This document shows positions 8,882 to 18,496 of a stretch of 59,680 nucleotides of DNA, piece after piece; within the stretch, counting starts at the first letter, position 1, and every line of letters starts with the position of its first letter. Below the pieces are notes generated by a model. That model worked only from the letters and a program-made list of their open reading frames with translations, was not told the origin of the DNA and made no database searches. Both the position numbers and the translations under genes were made by a program. This DNA comes from Methanotrichaceae archaeon (GTDB lineage: Archaea > Halobacteriota > Methanosarcinia > Methanotrichales > Methanotrichaceae), in the NCBI GenBank assembly GCA_963748825.1, contig CAVVKN010000017.1:1-59680 (forward strand). The letters are read 5' to 3'.

Positions 8882-10225
8882 TCAGTCAAAATTGCTCTTG
8901 ATGCTCCTGGCAGCCAGCACCCCCGTAGAAAATGCCGCTTGCAGGTTATAGCCTCCTGTATCCCCGTCCACATCCAAAACCTCGCCCACCAGATACAGTC
9001 CCTTAACCAGCCGGGACTGCATGGTTTTGGGATCGACCTCAATCGTTTCCACTCCGCCTCTGGTAACCATGGCGCAGTTATAGCCGCAAAGATCGGATAC
9101 GACCAGAGATAGGCCGGTGAGATTATCAATCAAGCAATTTCGCATCTCCCGGGTCAATTGAGCCATTTTCAGGTCGGAAGCAATCCCTGAGATATCCAGC
9201 ATTCTCTTTATCAGCCGGAGATAGAGTGGCACTGAAGACGGCACAAAGCGAGGCAGATCTGCCAGTACAGACAATAGGTTTCTTCCCCCATCCAGTCGCG
9301 CCTTGTCTAAGAGCCATTCCTCCAGAGCCATTCGTTTATCGTCCGGCACAAAAGAGAGCTTTAGAATGTCTTTTGCTCGAATATACCTGGATAAGTCGAG
9401 AATTCCCGGCCCGGAGAGCCCCTCATGGGTAAATAGAATATCGCCCCGATGCTCTCTGATTTTTACATGACGGTAGAGCGAGATCCTCATATCCGGAAAT
9501 GAGAGCCCGGCCAGATCAGAGAACGGGTAATCATTAATAAGAAGAGGAGTTAGAGCCGGCCCAATCTCGGTTATGCGATGGCCGAGAATTCCGGCAAACC
9601 TGTAGCCGTCTCCGCTCGATCCGGTGGCTGGATAGGAGCATCCCCCTGTGGCTATTACCAGCAATCTGCTGCGATAGCTGCCTACTTCGCATCCCACCAA
9701 AAAACCATCCTCATTCCTGGTTATAGACTTTACAGCCTGGTTGCACTTGATGACTACCCCCTTTTCCCTGCACTGTTCAATCAAAATATTCAGCACATCT
9801 CTAGCCCGCTTAGTCTCTGGGAATATCTTATCTCCCTTTTCTTTGACCATGCCCAGCCCCAAGCCTTCAAAGAAGGAGATGAGATCTCTATTTGTGAAGC
9901 CGAGAAGAGCCGGGCGCAGGAATCTGCCGTGATCTCCATAATGATCAAGAAAGTCCTGAATATCGCCATCGTGAGTTATATTGCATTGGCCGGTGCCCGA
10001 GATGAGGAGCTTATGTCCAGGAGAGTTCTTTTTTTCCAGAATCAGGATCTTTTTACCCTTCTGCATAGAGTTTATAGCGCAAAAAAGCCCGGAAGGCCCG
10101 GCTCCAACGATAATTAAATCGTAATGGCAATGGCTATCTTCGAGTCCAAGTAAAAGCTCATCCATACCGCCGACTTTCGGCACATCATCCAGCTTGCGAC
10201 AAGTTTTTTTATGTAGCTTTGCCAA
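8882..10225 (-). CDS. HI0933/YhiN(BaiN)-like flavoprotein oxidoreductase (alternative start 10165)
   Basis: GAGPSG, KLLISGTGQCNITH, ATGG.SYP.TGSSGDGY, LFTHEGLSGP, GEVLDVDGDTGGYNLQAAFSTG. Confidence 0.93.
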   Translation of the reverse strand: MAKLHKKTCRKLDDVPKVGGMDELLLGLEDSHCHYDLIIVGAGPSGLFCAINSMQKGKKILILEKKNSPGHKLLISGTGQCNITHDGDIQDFLDHYGDHGRFLRPALLGFTNRDLISFFEGLGLGMVKEKGDKIFPETKRARDVLNILIEQCREKGVVIKCNQAVKSITRNEDGFLVGCEVGSYRSRLLVIATGGCSYPATGSSGDGYRFAGILGHRITEIGPALTPLLINDYPFSDLAGLSFPDMRISLYRHVKIREHRGDILFTHEGLSGPGILDLSRYIRAKDILKLSFVPDDKRMALEEWLLDKARLDGGRNLLSVLADLPRFVPSSVPLYLRLIKRMLDISGIASDLKMAQLTREMRNCLIDNLTGLSLVVSDLCGYNCAMVTRGGVETIEVDPKTMQSRLVKGLYLVGEVLDVDGDTGGYNLQAAFSTGVLAARSIKSNFD

Positions 10226-10378
10226 AGGAACCTCTCTACACTCTATTATTTCGATCCTGAATCGGTTAATGGAATTGGCTAATAGGAATCGCTTATATAA
10301 CTTTGCGCGTTCTATGCAACTTGCAAATACGGCAAAAGACCCGAGGAGAATGCGTTAGAGATATGAGGTGCTTGTAGT

Positions 10379-10987
10379 ATGCTTAAGATTACCCCTTATA
10401 TTGGAATCATGGTGCTAATAGTATCCATAGGCGGCATATTTTACCCCAAGCTTGGCTACTTCCTCTTGCTGGTCTTTGCCAGCCTGATGATCATTGCTCC
10501 CTTCCGGGGACGCTGGTTTTGCGGTAATCTCTGCCCGCGGGGAAGCTTCGTCGATTTCTGGCTGGGCCCCCTGAGCCGAAAGTTGAGAATACCACCTCTT
10601 TTTCGGAGCATGTGGCTGCGAGCCCCCATCTTCTTCGCTCTTATGGGATTCATGGTCTTTCGCATCATACAGACTGAAGGCATAGTGGACAAAATAGGAA
10701 TGGTTTTTGTTACGCTTTGCATTCTAACCACATCAATTGCCATCCTCTTTGGTGTAATCATAGCCCCTCGAACCTGGTGCTCCTTTTGTCCCATGGGCAC
10801 GCTGCAAAGAGCAATGGGGGGTAAGAAGTACCAGCTAAAAGTAGACGCGGAGAAATGCATCGATTGCGGTAAATGCCAGAAGGTCTGTCCTATGCAGCTT
10901 TCTGTAAATGAGATACTGGACAAGCCGGACTGCATTAAATGCGCCAGATGCGTAGAGGCTTGCCCGAAGCATGCATTGAGTTTCTGA
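10379..10987 (+). CDS. Membrane 4Fe-4S binding protein (NapH/MauN-like)
   Basis: GRWFCGNLCPRG and RTWCSFCPMG plus two CxxCxxCxxxCP ferredoxin motifs; TM helices. Confidence 0.88.
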   Translation: MLKITPYIGIMVLIVSIGGIFYPKLGYFLLLVFASLMIIAPFRGRWFCGNLCPRGSFVDFWLGPLSRKLRIPPLFRSMWLRAPIFFALMGFMVFRIIQTEGIVDKIGMVFVTLCILTTSIAILFGVIIAPRTWCSFCPMGTLQRAMGGKKYQLKVDAEKCIDCGKCQKVCPMQLSVNEILDKPDCIKCARCVEACPKHALSF

Positions 10988-11000
10988 TTGATTTTTAAAC

Positions 11001-11047
11001 GCAATACCCCGCAGCTTGCTACGCGGGTGCGCCGTCGCCGTTTCACT
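11001..11047 (+). repeat. Palindromic IS200/IS605- or REP-like end (CAATACCCCGCAGCTTGCTACGCGG...); second copy at 6421-6455
   Basis: Imperfect hairpin CCGCAGC-TT-GCTACGCGG; repeated in window; family assignment from recollection only. Confidence 0.55.
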
Positions 11048-11214
11048 CCAGAGTCCTTTGCCCTAATTACATTCGCTTCGCACAGATCAACTATATATCT
11101 CATCAATCCCTCCACTTAACCAAGACATGATTCCATGCAGGCTTCAAGTGCTACTTGGATGATCGATTACTTCTCTCTAGGAGAGATTTTGGAGTCACTA
11201 GACGGCCCCACAGA

Positions 11215-11454
11215 GTAGGGAGGGAACACCCCGAACCTGTCCGATGAGATCTGAACCTATGCATCTTGCGACTGCGTCGCAAATCCCGCAATCTCTGCGG
11301 AGTTGCCGTGATCGCGAATCTGATGTAAGTTTGGGCCAATGAAACGGAAACCGAAAATTCCCGCAAAACGTGCCCCGATGCCAGAGGGCTATGACGGCAC
11401 AACAACTAGGAAACAGAGGGAAGCCCCGGCCTTCAGGCTGCGGGAGGAGTTCAC
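11215..11454 (+). mobile_element. Orphan IS605/IS1341 (TnpB-type) right end / omega(re)RNA-like scaffold without tnpB
   Basis: GTAGGGAGGGAACACCCCGAA (11215) and GAAGCCCCGGCCTTCAGGCTGCGGGAGGAGTTCAC (11420-11454) resemble the 5' scaffold and right-end hairpin+TCAC of tnpB elements; no TnpB ORF nearby. Confidence 0.65.
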
Positions 11455-11495
11455 ATATGCCAAAGTGCTATTGAAAGATCGGAGGTGAAGGCAAG

Positions 11496-11648
11496 ATGTG
11501 TACTGTTGGAGGCGGGCCGGACATAGGAAATATCGAGACTCTAGCCGCAAAGGATTATGAATGTCTGGACTGCAAGAATCAGTTTAAGGGAATGGGCAGA
11601 AGGCCCATGTGTCCTACCTGCAAATCCAGGAACGTCAAGGCAGTCTAA
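11496..11648 (+). CDS. Small 50-aa zinc-ribbon protein (absent from ORF track)
   Basis: GGAGGTGA RBS at 11481; MCTVGGGPDIGNIETLAAKDYECLDCKNQFKGMGRRPMCPTCKSRNVKAV; CxxC..CxxC. Confidence 0.8.
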   Translation: MCTVGGGPDIGNIETLAAKDYECLDCKNQFKGMGRRPMCPTCKSRNVKAV

Positions 11649-11653
11649 GGGCC

Positions 11654-12115
11654 ATGCATATACTCATCAAGGAGGACGAGATAGCTTATCTCGCGGGCCG
11701 CAGGGGCACTTTAGCGATAGCCAAGACGAAAGGAAACTTTTTTTATCTGGAGACGGAGTCTGAGGAGATTGTGCTCTTCACTGATCCGGAGGATCTGATG
11801 GTGGCCTCTTCCGCCAGCGTTGGCGAAAAGGTTATGCGTGGTCTTCGCTGTACCATTTATCAGCTTCGGGAACTGGGCGAACCGCTGATAGTGCTCCCTA
11901 AAGGCCATCCTGCATCACCTCGTTTGAAGACGGTGGTGTCCATCGGCCCTCGCACTCGTTTAAGCTGCAAGATCCATCCGGGAACGCATCCCGAGCAGGA
12001 TGTGCTCTGCGGATCAGAGGAGTTTCACGAGATGGAAGTGCTGGCGAAGCCCGGGGGCGCGGAAATATTGGGCATAACTTCAAAAGAAAGCGATATTATT
12101 GTGCAGAAGCTGTAG
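11654..12115 (+). CDS. Hypothetical protein (probably methanogen-conserved)
   Basis: ATG 11654 (MHILIKEDE) follows the zinc-ribbon gene; PGTHPEQDVLC motif; tight operon. Confidence 0.7.
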   Translation: MHILIKEDEIAYLAGRRGTLAIAKTKGNFFYLETESEEIVLFTDPEDLMVASSASVGEKVMRGLRCTIYQLRELGEPLIVLPKGHPASPRLKTVVSIGPRTRLSCKIHPGTHPEQDVLCGSEEFHEMEVLAKPGGAEILGITSKESDIIVQKL

Positions 12116-12129
12116 AAACGGGTGATTTT

Positions 12130-12411
12130 ATGGCGGAGATCAAAGAAGACAGCCTGGTCAGGTACAAGGGCACGGGCACCATAGGAACGGTCAAGGTGCT
12201 GAAGGTTGAAGACGACGGAGAGACTTGGGCCTATTTAGACAGCACCGGCCTTTACTACCGCCTGGATACCCTGGAGCTGATCGAAAAGCCCCCGGAGAGA
12301 AAAGAACTGGAGGGCATGACCATTGAACAGATCCAAGATCGGTTCAAGCAGACGCAAGATATGATGGATGCGGTTAAGATGCAGGATGACAACCTGGAGA
12401 CGGGCGGGTAA
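12130..12411 (+). CDS. DUF2098-family protein
   Basis: VRYKGTGTIGTV..TWAYLDSTGLYYR pattern; GGTGA RBS. Confidence 0.75.
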   Translation: MAEIKEDSLVRYKGTGTIGTVKVLKVEDDGETWAYLDSTGLYYRLDTLELIEKPPERKELEGMTIEQIQDRFKQTQDMMDAVKMQDDNLETGG

Positions 12412-12553
12412 AGATTAGAGCCAAAATCAAACGGTACTACTAGAGCCCAAAGATCGCAAATTCTGCAATTTGCTCAAAGAAGAGAAGGATTCTATGAATA
12501 GCTCCAAGCTCCCGAAGGATGATAAAAAGCTCTAATGCAATTATAGAGTCAAG

Positions 12554-13666
12554 ATGCGTGATGACAGCCAGGGGTTTATCGCCAGGATAGGCGTAGTGGT
12601 GCACGGCCCGGAGATCATAGACAGCGGCTGTGCTCTGCAACTGATCAATTACCTGAAAAAGCTGGGCAGCGTAACGGCGGTTTTGGGCGGAACCATGGGC
12701 AGGGTGGCTGTAATCGATGCCGGCCTGGAGGATGTAATCTCTATCCGCCCCAGGAGGAGGCCAAGCCTCTCCATTCAGGATTTGGAGGCAACATCAGATG
12801 TCATTTTTCTTCTCAACCAGGCCAAGGGCCGGGAGAGCGGCCTCGTCTTCGGTACAATGGTGGCGGCGGCAGCCGGGATGGGAAAACCGCTTATCCAAAT
12901 CGACTGCGGCGGAAGATTCGTGGCCATCCTCTCAGGAAAAGAAGGCGATCTGGCTGTGCAGGTCGCCTCGGACCTGGGTCTCGATAGCCTGCTCAATCCG
13001 CCGCTGCCAGGCGTATCTTTTGGGAAAGACATCACTAAGCGCTCTCTCTCAGGTGTTTGTCCAGGCGAGCTTATCTCGATCAACGGAATTGTGATCGGCA
13101 GGGCTGCAGAGAGCCGTGTGGAGATCGAAGCCAAAGACGGCAAGATAATGGCCATGAAGGGCGTAAAGCCAAAGCAGCACGGCCTGGAGAAGCTCTCCTG
13201 GGTTGATTTGGAGAAGGCTATCATCCGCAGCGGCTCCATCCGGCGAAGCGAAGTCAGGCCGAGACTTGGGGCGTGCGGGAGAGGAGACAAGGGCGAAGGC
13301 AAATGGGCAGTTCTCATCGATCACTGTGCAGAAGATGCCTTTGAGGTGGCACAGGGAGCCAGTGTGGCCGTCACGGTGGGAGACGATACCACACTCATTG
13401 CCGGAGATATCCTGGCCCGGCTGGGTATACCCGTTATCGGCATCGTGGATGGAGATCTGGACCGTCTGGCCGGTTGCACCACAATGCTGCCAGGAAGCGT
13501 TGTCTTCCGGGTCATGCCGGGGCACGATGATCTGGTGGGCAGGCGAGTGAAGGCAGAGATATTCCAGGGAGAGAGCCGGATCTGCATCAGCGCCGGCGAT
13601 CTAATAGAGAAGGTGAAAAGGCTGGCAGGAGAGCAACTCGTCGAAACGGAACAGATAAAATCCTAA
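12554..13666 (+). CDS. DUF2117-family protein
   Basis: [29 protein letters not shown]; TVGDDTT..GDIL.RLG.P.IGIVDGD. Confidence 0.8.
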   Translation: MRDDSQGFIARIGVVVHGPEIIDSGCALQLINYLKKLGSVTAVLGGTMGRVAVIDAGLEDVISIRPRRRPSLSIQDLEATSDVIFLLNQAKGRESGLVFGTMVAAAAGMGKPLIQIDCGGRFVAILSGKEGDLAVQVASDLGLDSLLNPPLPGVSFGKDITKRSLSGVCPGELISINGIVIGRAAESRVEIEAKDGKIMAMKGVKPKQHGLEKLSWVDLEKAIIRSGSIRRSEVRPRLGACGRGDKGEGKWAVLIDHCAEDAFEVAQGASVAVTVGDDTTLIAGDILARLGIPVIGIVDGDLDRLAGCTTMLPGSVVFRVMPGHDDLVGRRVKAEIFQGESRICISAGDLIEKVKRLAGEQLVETEQIKS

Positions 13667-14970
13667 TTGTCCTTAATGGCCTGAAGCTCCCGGAAAAAGA
13701 CAGCTGCGGTGGCGGTATCGCCCAGGCCTACGGTAATCTTTGGATTTTTCGCCTGAAGAGACGGCATCAAGGATACAATCTCTTCTCCTGAATGAAGAAA
13801 TGCGCCCCACCCCGATGCTGTGGCCCCATTGCGGCAAAACTCCTCTTTAGCCTCAAGCCCCACGGAATTGACATCCTCAGGAGGCTCTCCCGTTACAAAG
13901 CCTGTGGCTGCCAAAGCGGCTGCGGCATTGGTCCCCTGCTGCAAGGCAGAAAGCTCTTCTTTTGCAGTGATCTTTCCTCGCAACATGACGCTAAGAATGT
14001 AGTCTCGGGTATGAACCGCTACTCTGAAAAGCCCCAGGCTTTTGCGCAGCCGCTCCGCTGCTTGCATGGTCTCCTGCCACCGGGCTGGCAATGATCCAGG
14101 CGATAATCCTTCTGCTGCCGCCAGCTCGTCCTCATTCAGTCCCAGGCTGTCCACAGGAATTTGCGGGAGAAGCAAAAGAAGAGACTGCAGGATCTTTGGG
14201 CTCTGGAAGCTGCCCATCTCGGCGTGGATGAAGATGTGCGGGTTTTTATCCTTCCAGGATTTGATCTGCGCGATTTTCTGCGGGAAGATCTCCTGGTACT
14301 CCTCAAATGGTACCAGGTGAAAGCCGGAGAGCAGTGCGCCGTTGAAATCCCGGATATTTTCCAGGCAATAGGAGTCGAAATGCTGGCTGGAGAGGAGCCT
14401 GGTATTCACCGGATCGTATGTGGCAATAAAACGATTATCGCTAGGCGCAGTTATCACGCTCTGCCCACAGTGAATTGCGTCTCCCTTCTTGAACTGGAAA
14501 ACGAAATGCTCCATTTCAGTTTTTTCGTCTTGATCTCTTGCTTGATCTGCTTCAAGCTCTCCTACCGCCTGGCTTGGCACTGTGGGCCCGGAAACCGGCA
14601 CGCACACTCCGGTATGCAGCATACCGGCCAGTTTCGCTCCCAGTGCGGGAGCATTGAGAACAGGCCGGGCCCCCAGTGCGGCCAGGACATTGGCCATGAT
14701 GCCGGCATTTCCGCCCAGGCGAAATTGCCAGGAAAAGGACTCTTCGATCTGCATGGCCGTCGCCTGGCTCTCGATTAGAATTTCTGCCCCCGATCCCTGC
14801 TGCATGCAGAATAACAGGCAGGATAGGAGGTCCTCACGGCTGCTTATCGACTCTTTTAGCTTAATTTTCGTATTGGAAGCAAGGCTCGATGAGATGAGGG
14901 CCGATATCTCCTCTCCCTGTACATTGTAGACGGCATCGACGTTTACGGTATAGGCGCAAATGATATTCAT
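13663..14970 (-). CDS. pfkC: ADP-dependent phosphofructokinase/glucokinase
   Basis: [39 protein letters not shown]. Confidence 0.9.
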   Translation of the reverse strand: MNIICAYTVNVDAVYNVQGEEISALISSSLASNTKIKLKESISSREDLLSCLLFCMQQGSGAEILIESQATAMQIEESFSWQFRLGGNAGIMANVLAALGARPVLNAPALGAKLAGMLHTGVCVPVSGPTVPSQAVGELEADQARDQDEKTEMEHFVFQFKKGDAIHCGQSVITAPSDNRFIATYDPVNTRLLSSQHFDSYCLENIRDFNGALLSGFHLVPFEEYQEIFPQKIAQIKSWKDKNPHIFIHAEMGSFQSPKILQSLLLLLPQIPVDSLGLNEDELAAAEGLSPGSLPARWQETMQAAERLRKSLGLFRVAVHTRDYILSVMLRGKITAKEELSALQQGTNAAAALAATGFVTGEPPEDVNSVGLEAKEEFCRNGATASGWGAFLHSGEEIVSLMPSLQAKNPKITVGLGDTATAAVFFRELQAIKDN

Positions 14971-15115
14971 AGTAGTCTCGCCGGAAAGCCCGAAGCTTTG
15001 TTCATTGTATCAGATTTATTTTCCGCTTTGATAGGAATGGGCGCAAAATTGATATTAGAATGTGCAGGCGGCAAAAGAGAGCTTGCTGCCCCCCCGCATC
15101 ATCCCCTAAATCCAT

Positions 15116-15625
15116 CTACACCAAAATGATCGGATCCTTACAGGCGCAGGAGAGCGAACGGGACATTACGATATCCGTATCGACACTTCTTCTTACCAGT
15201 GCCTTTTGATAAGATGGATCGATCTGGGTGGCTTTCTTGTACGCCTGGACGGCGGTATAGTAGTATCCCTTGAAGTCGTAAATGACTCCCATGTTGTACC
15301 AGGCCTCGGCATAAGACTCATTGAGGGCCACTGCATTTCCAAAAGACTGGAGCGCCTCGTCGTACCTTCCTAAAAGACCCTCGTCAATTCCTTTATTGTT
15401 CCAGGCCTCGAAATCATTTGGGTCCAGCTCGAGAGCCCTATTGTAGGCCTGCAGGGAATCATTGAATCTTTCCTGGTTGTAAAGATCAAGACCCTTCATG
15501 AACCAATCCATCGAGGTTTCATTTGCTCCGGCACAGGCTGGCGCTGTGAAAGCCCAAATCAGCGCTAAGGTGACCAGCACCAAGGAGACTTGTCGCGAAC
15601 TGCAATTCGTTTTTCTTCCTCCCAA
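15116..15625 (-). CDS. Exported TPR protein
   Basis: Signal peptide; three TPRs (AWNNKG, AWYNMG). Confidence 0.85.
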   Translation of the reverse strand: MGGRKTNCSSRQVSLVLVTLALIWAFTAPACAGANETSMDWFMKGLDLYNQERFNDSLQAYNRALELDPNDFEAWNNKGIDEGLLGRYDEALQSFGNAVALNESYAEAWYNMGVIYDFKGYYYTAVQAYKKATQIDPSYQKALVRRSVDTDIVMSRSLSCACKDPIILV

Positions 15626-15672
15626 TCAGCTCATTTAGTTTCTTGTAATGATAAAGCTTCTGCATATTTTTC

Positions 15673-16836
<1,164 letters not shown>

Positions 16837-16902
16837 CTAGAAGTATAATCCTTTGCCAGCTTTATGCAAAAAGTGATATATTTTCCAGTCGTTTTCAGGT
16901 CA

Positions 16903-17847
16903 ATGGCTTTAGTCATAGGTCACCGAGCAGCCGCCGCCCTGGCAGCAGAGAACACCCTGGAGGGCATCAGAGCTGCCGCTTTGTGCAAAGCAGACTATGT
17001 GGAGCTGGATGTAAGGCTCTCTCGCGACGGCGAACTGGTCTTGATGCATGATGAGCGGGTGGACAGAACCACCAATGGCAACGGCTTGGTTGAAGAACTC
17101 AATCTGGAGGAGCTAAAAGCCCTAGAGGTGAGAGGCTGTATTTGCCAGTGCATGGAAAGCCGGAGAATTGCAACGCTGAAAGAGGCCATATCTCTGGCCG
17201 GGGAGCTTGGCCTGGGCCTGGTGGTGGAGATGAAAGAAGAGGGCCTGGAAGGACTGGTGGCCGAAGCTCTCTCGGACAAAAAATGCATTGTGACTTCCTT
17301 TTACCATAGCAGCCTGCGCGAATTATCGGACATTTCGGATCTGAAGACGGGCATCATCATCTCGTCGTTGCCCATAAATCCTGTGCAGTTGGCCATTTGG
17401 GCAAGAGCGGCGGCCATTTTTCCGAAGCGAGTCAATGCCAGGCTCTTCAAGGAGGCGCATCAGCAGGGAATAGCTGTCTTTCCCTGGACAGTCAATAGCA
17501 AAGAAGAGGCGAGCTGGCTCCTCAGGCTGGGGGCCGATGGACTGGTAACCGATGACCCGTGCCTGATCCGGGAGGTAGCCGACCAGCCAGTACAGGCTAC
17601 GGGCAAAGAAAATTGCCAGTATTATCCGTGCCACCACTTCCCTGATCAGGACTGCACACACTGCTTTTGCCCCTTATATCCATGCAAAGATGAAGTGCTT
17701 GGCAAGTACGTGAGAACCAAAAAAGGAAAGAGGTTTTGGACCTGCATCAACTGCCAGCTTGTGCACCGTCCAATTGTGGCCGCATACCTAATGCAGCATC
17801 CGCAAGCGACCACTGCCGAGCTGAAAGCCTTGCAGACTGAAAAATGA
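16903..17847 (+). CDS. Glycerophosphodiester phosphodiesterase fused to C-terminal Cys-rich small (zinc-finger-like) domain
   Basis: GHR..ENTL..ELDVRLSRDG..HD..RTT; WTVN; GLVTDDP; then NCQYYPCH..DCTHCFCPLYPC..WTCINC. Confidence 0.85.
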   Translation: MALVIGHRAAAALAAENTLEGIRAAALCKADYVELDVRLSRDGELVLMHDERVDRTTNGNGLVEELNLEELKALEVRGCICQCMESRRIATLKEAISLAGELGLGLVVEMKEEGLEGLVAEALSDKKCIVTSFYHSSLRELSDISDLKTGIIISSLPINPVQLAIWARAAAIFPKRVNARLFKEAHQQGIAVFPWTVNSKEEASWLLRLGADGLVTDDPCLIREVADQPVQATGKENCQYYPCHHFPDQDCTHCFCPLYPCKDEVLGKYVRTKKGKRFWTCINCQLVHRPIVAAYLMQHPQATTAELKALQTEK

Positions 17848-17941
17848 ATATCCATTGCCAATTTGTCAATTATACATTGCCCGGAAAAAGGCCTTTACCG
17901 ACGGAAAGCTTTATGGATACCTGAGGAACAATGCAAACCCC

Positions 17942-18415
17942 ATGAGACATATTATACTTGTACTACTTGCTCTGGTGGCTCTGGGTGGGCTATTGCCTGC
18001 TATTATGGCCGCACCTGTAGCGCCAGTTTTATTAGATAACCCCGCCGCTATGCCGGAACCAGCTCAAACCTCGCTGGAGACCACACCTTCTATGGCCGCT
18101 TTCCTCAATGATAGCTGGACACCGAGCACCTTCGTAGCTCCTCTGGCAAGCGAGGCCGTTGGGGTGCTGAGGAACATGACCCGCAATAACACCACTCAGG
18201 CCAGCTCCAACTATGCCATTTATGATTTCCTGAATGGCAATTACACCTCCCCGGCTCCCGCGTCACCTGTTTACACTGCCAGCGCAGCCGGAAAGGATAA
18301 GACGGTAGCCTGGACAGGCGAGAGCATCTATCAGTTTTTGGATGATGCATGGACTCCTGCAGCAGCAGTCCAAACATACGAGCAGTCTCCCTTCAAGATG
18401 CACCAGATGAACTGA
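17942..18415 (+). CDS. Hypothetical secreted protein with three short internal repeats
   Basis: Signal peptide from ATG 17942; repeats MAAFLNDSWTP / IYDFLNGNYTS / IYQFLDDAWTP. Confidence 0.7.
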   Translation: MRHIILVLLALVALGGLLPAIMAAPVAPVLLDNPAAMPEPAQTSLETTPSMAAFLNDSWTPSTFVAPLASEAVGVLRNMTRNNTTQASSNYAIYDFLNGNYTSPAPASPVYTASAAGKDKTVAWTGESIYQFLDDAWTPAAAVQTYEQSPFKMHQMN

Positions 18416-18437
18416 GATCAATTAGCTTCGCGGAAGA

Positions 18438-18478
18438 TGACAGGCGTCCCTTGAGCAGCCTGTCAAACCTATCTTTTT
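18438..18478 (+). terminator. Hairpin plus T-tract between convergent genes
   Basis: TGACAGGC (18438-45) / GCCTGTCA (18458-65) followed by TTTTT. Confidence 0.45.
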
Positions 18479-18496
18479 AATCTTTTAATCGGGTTT

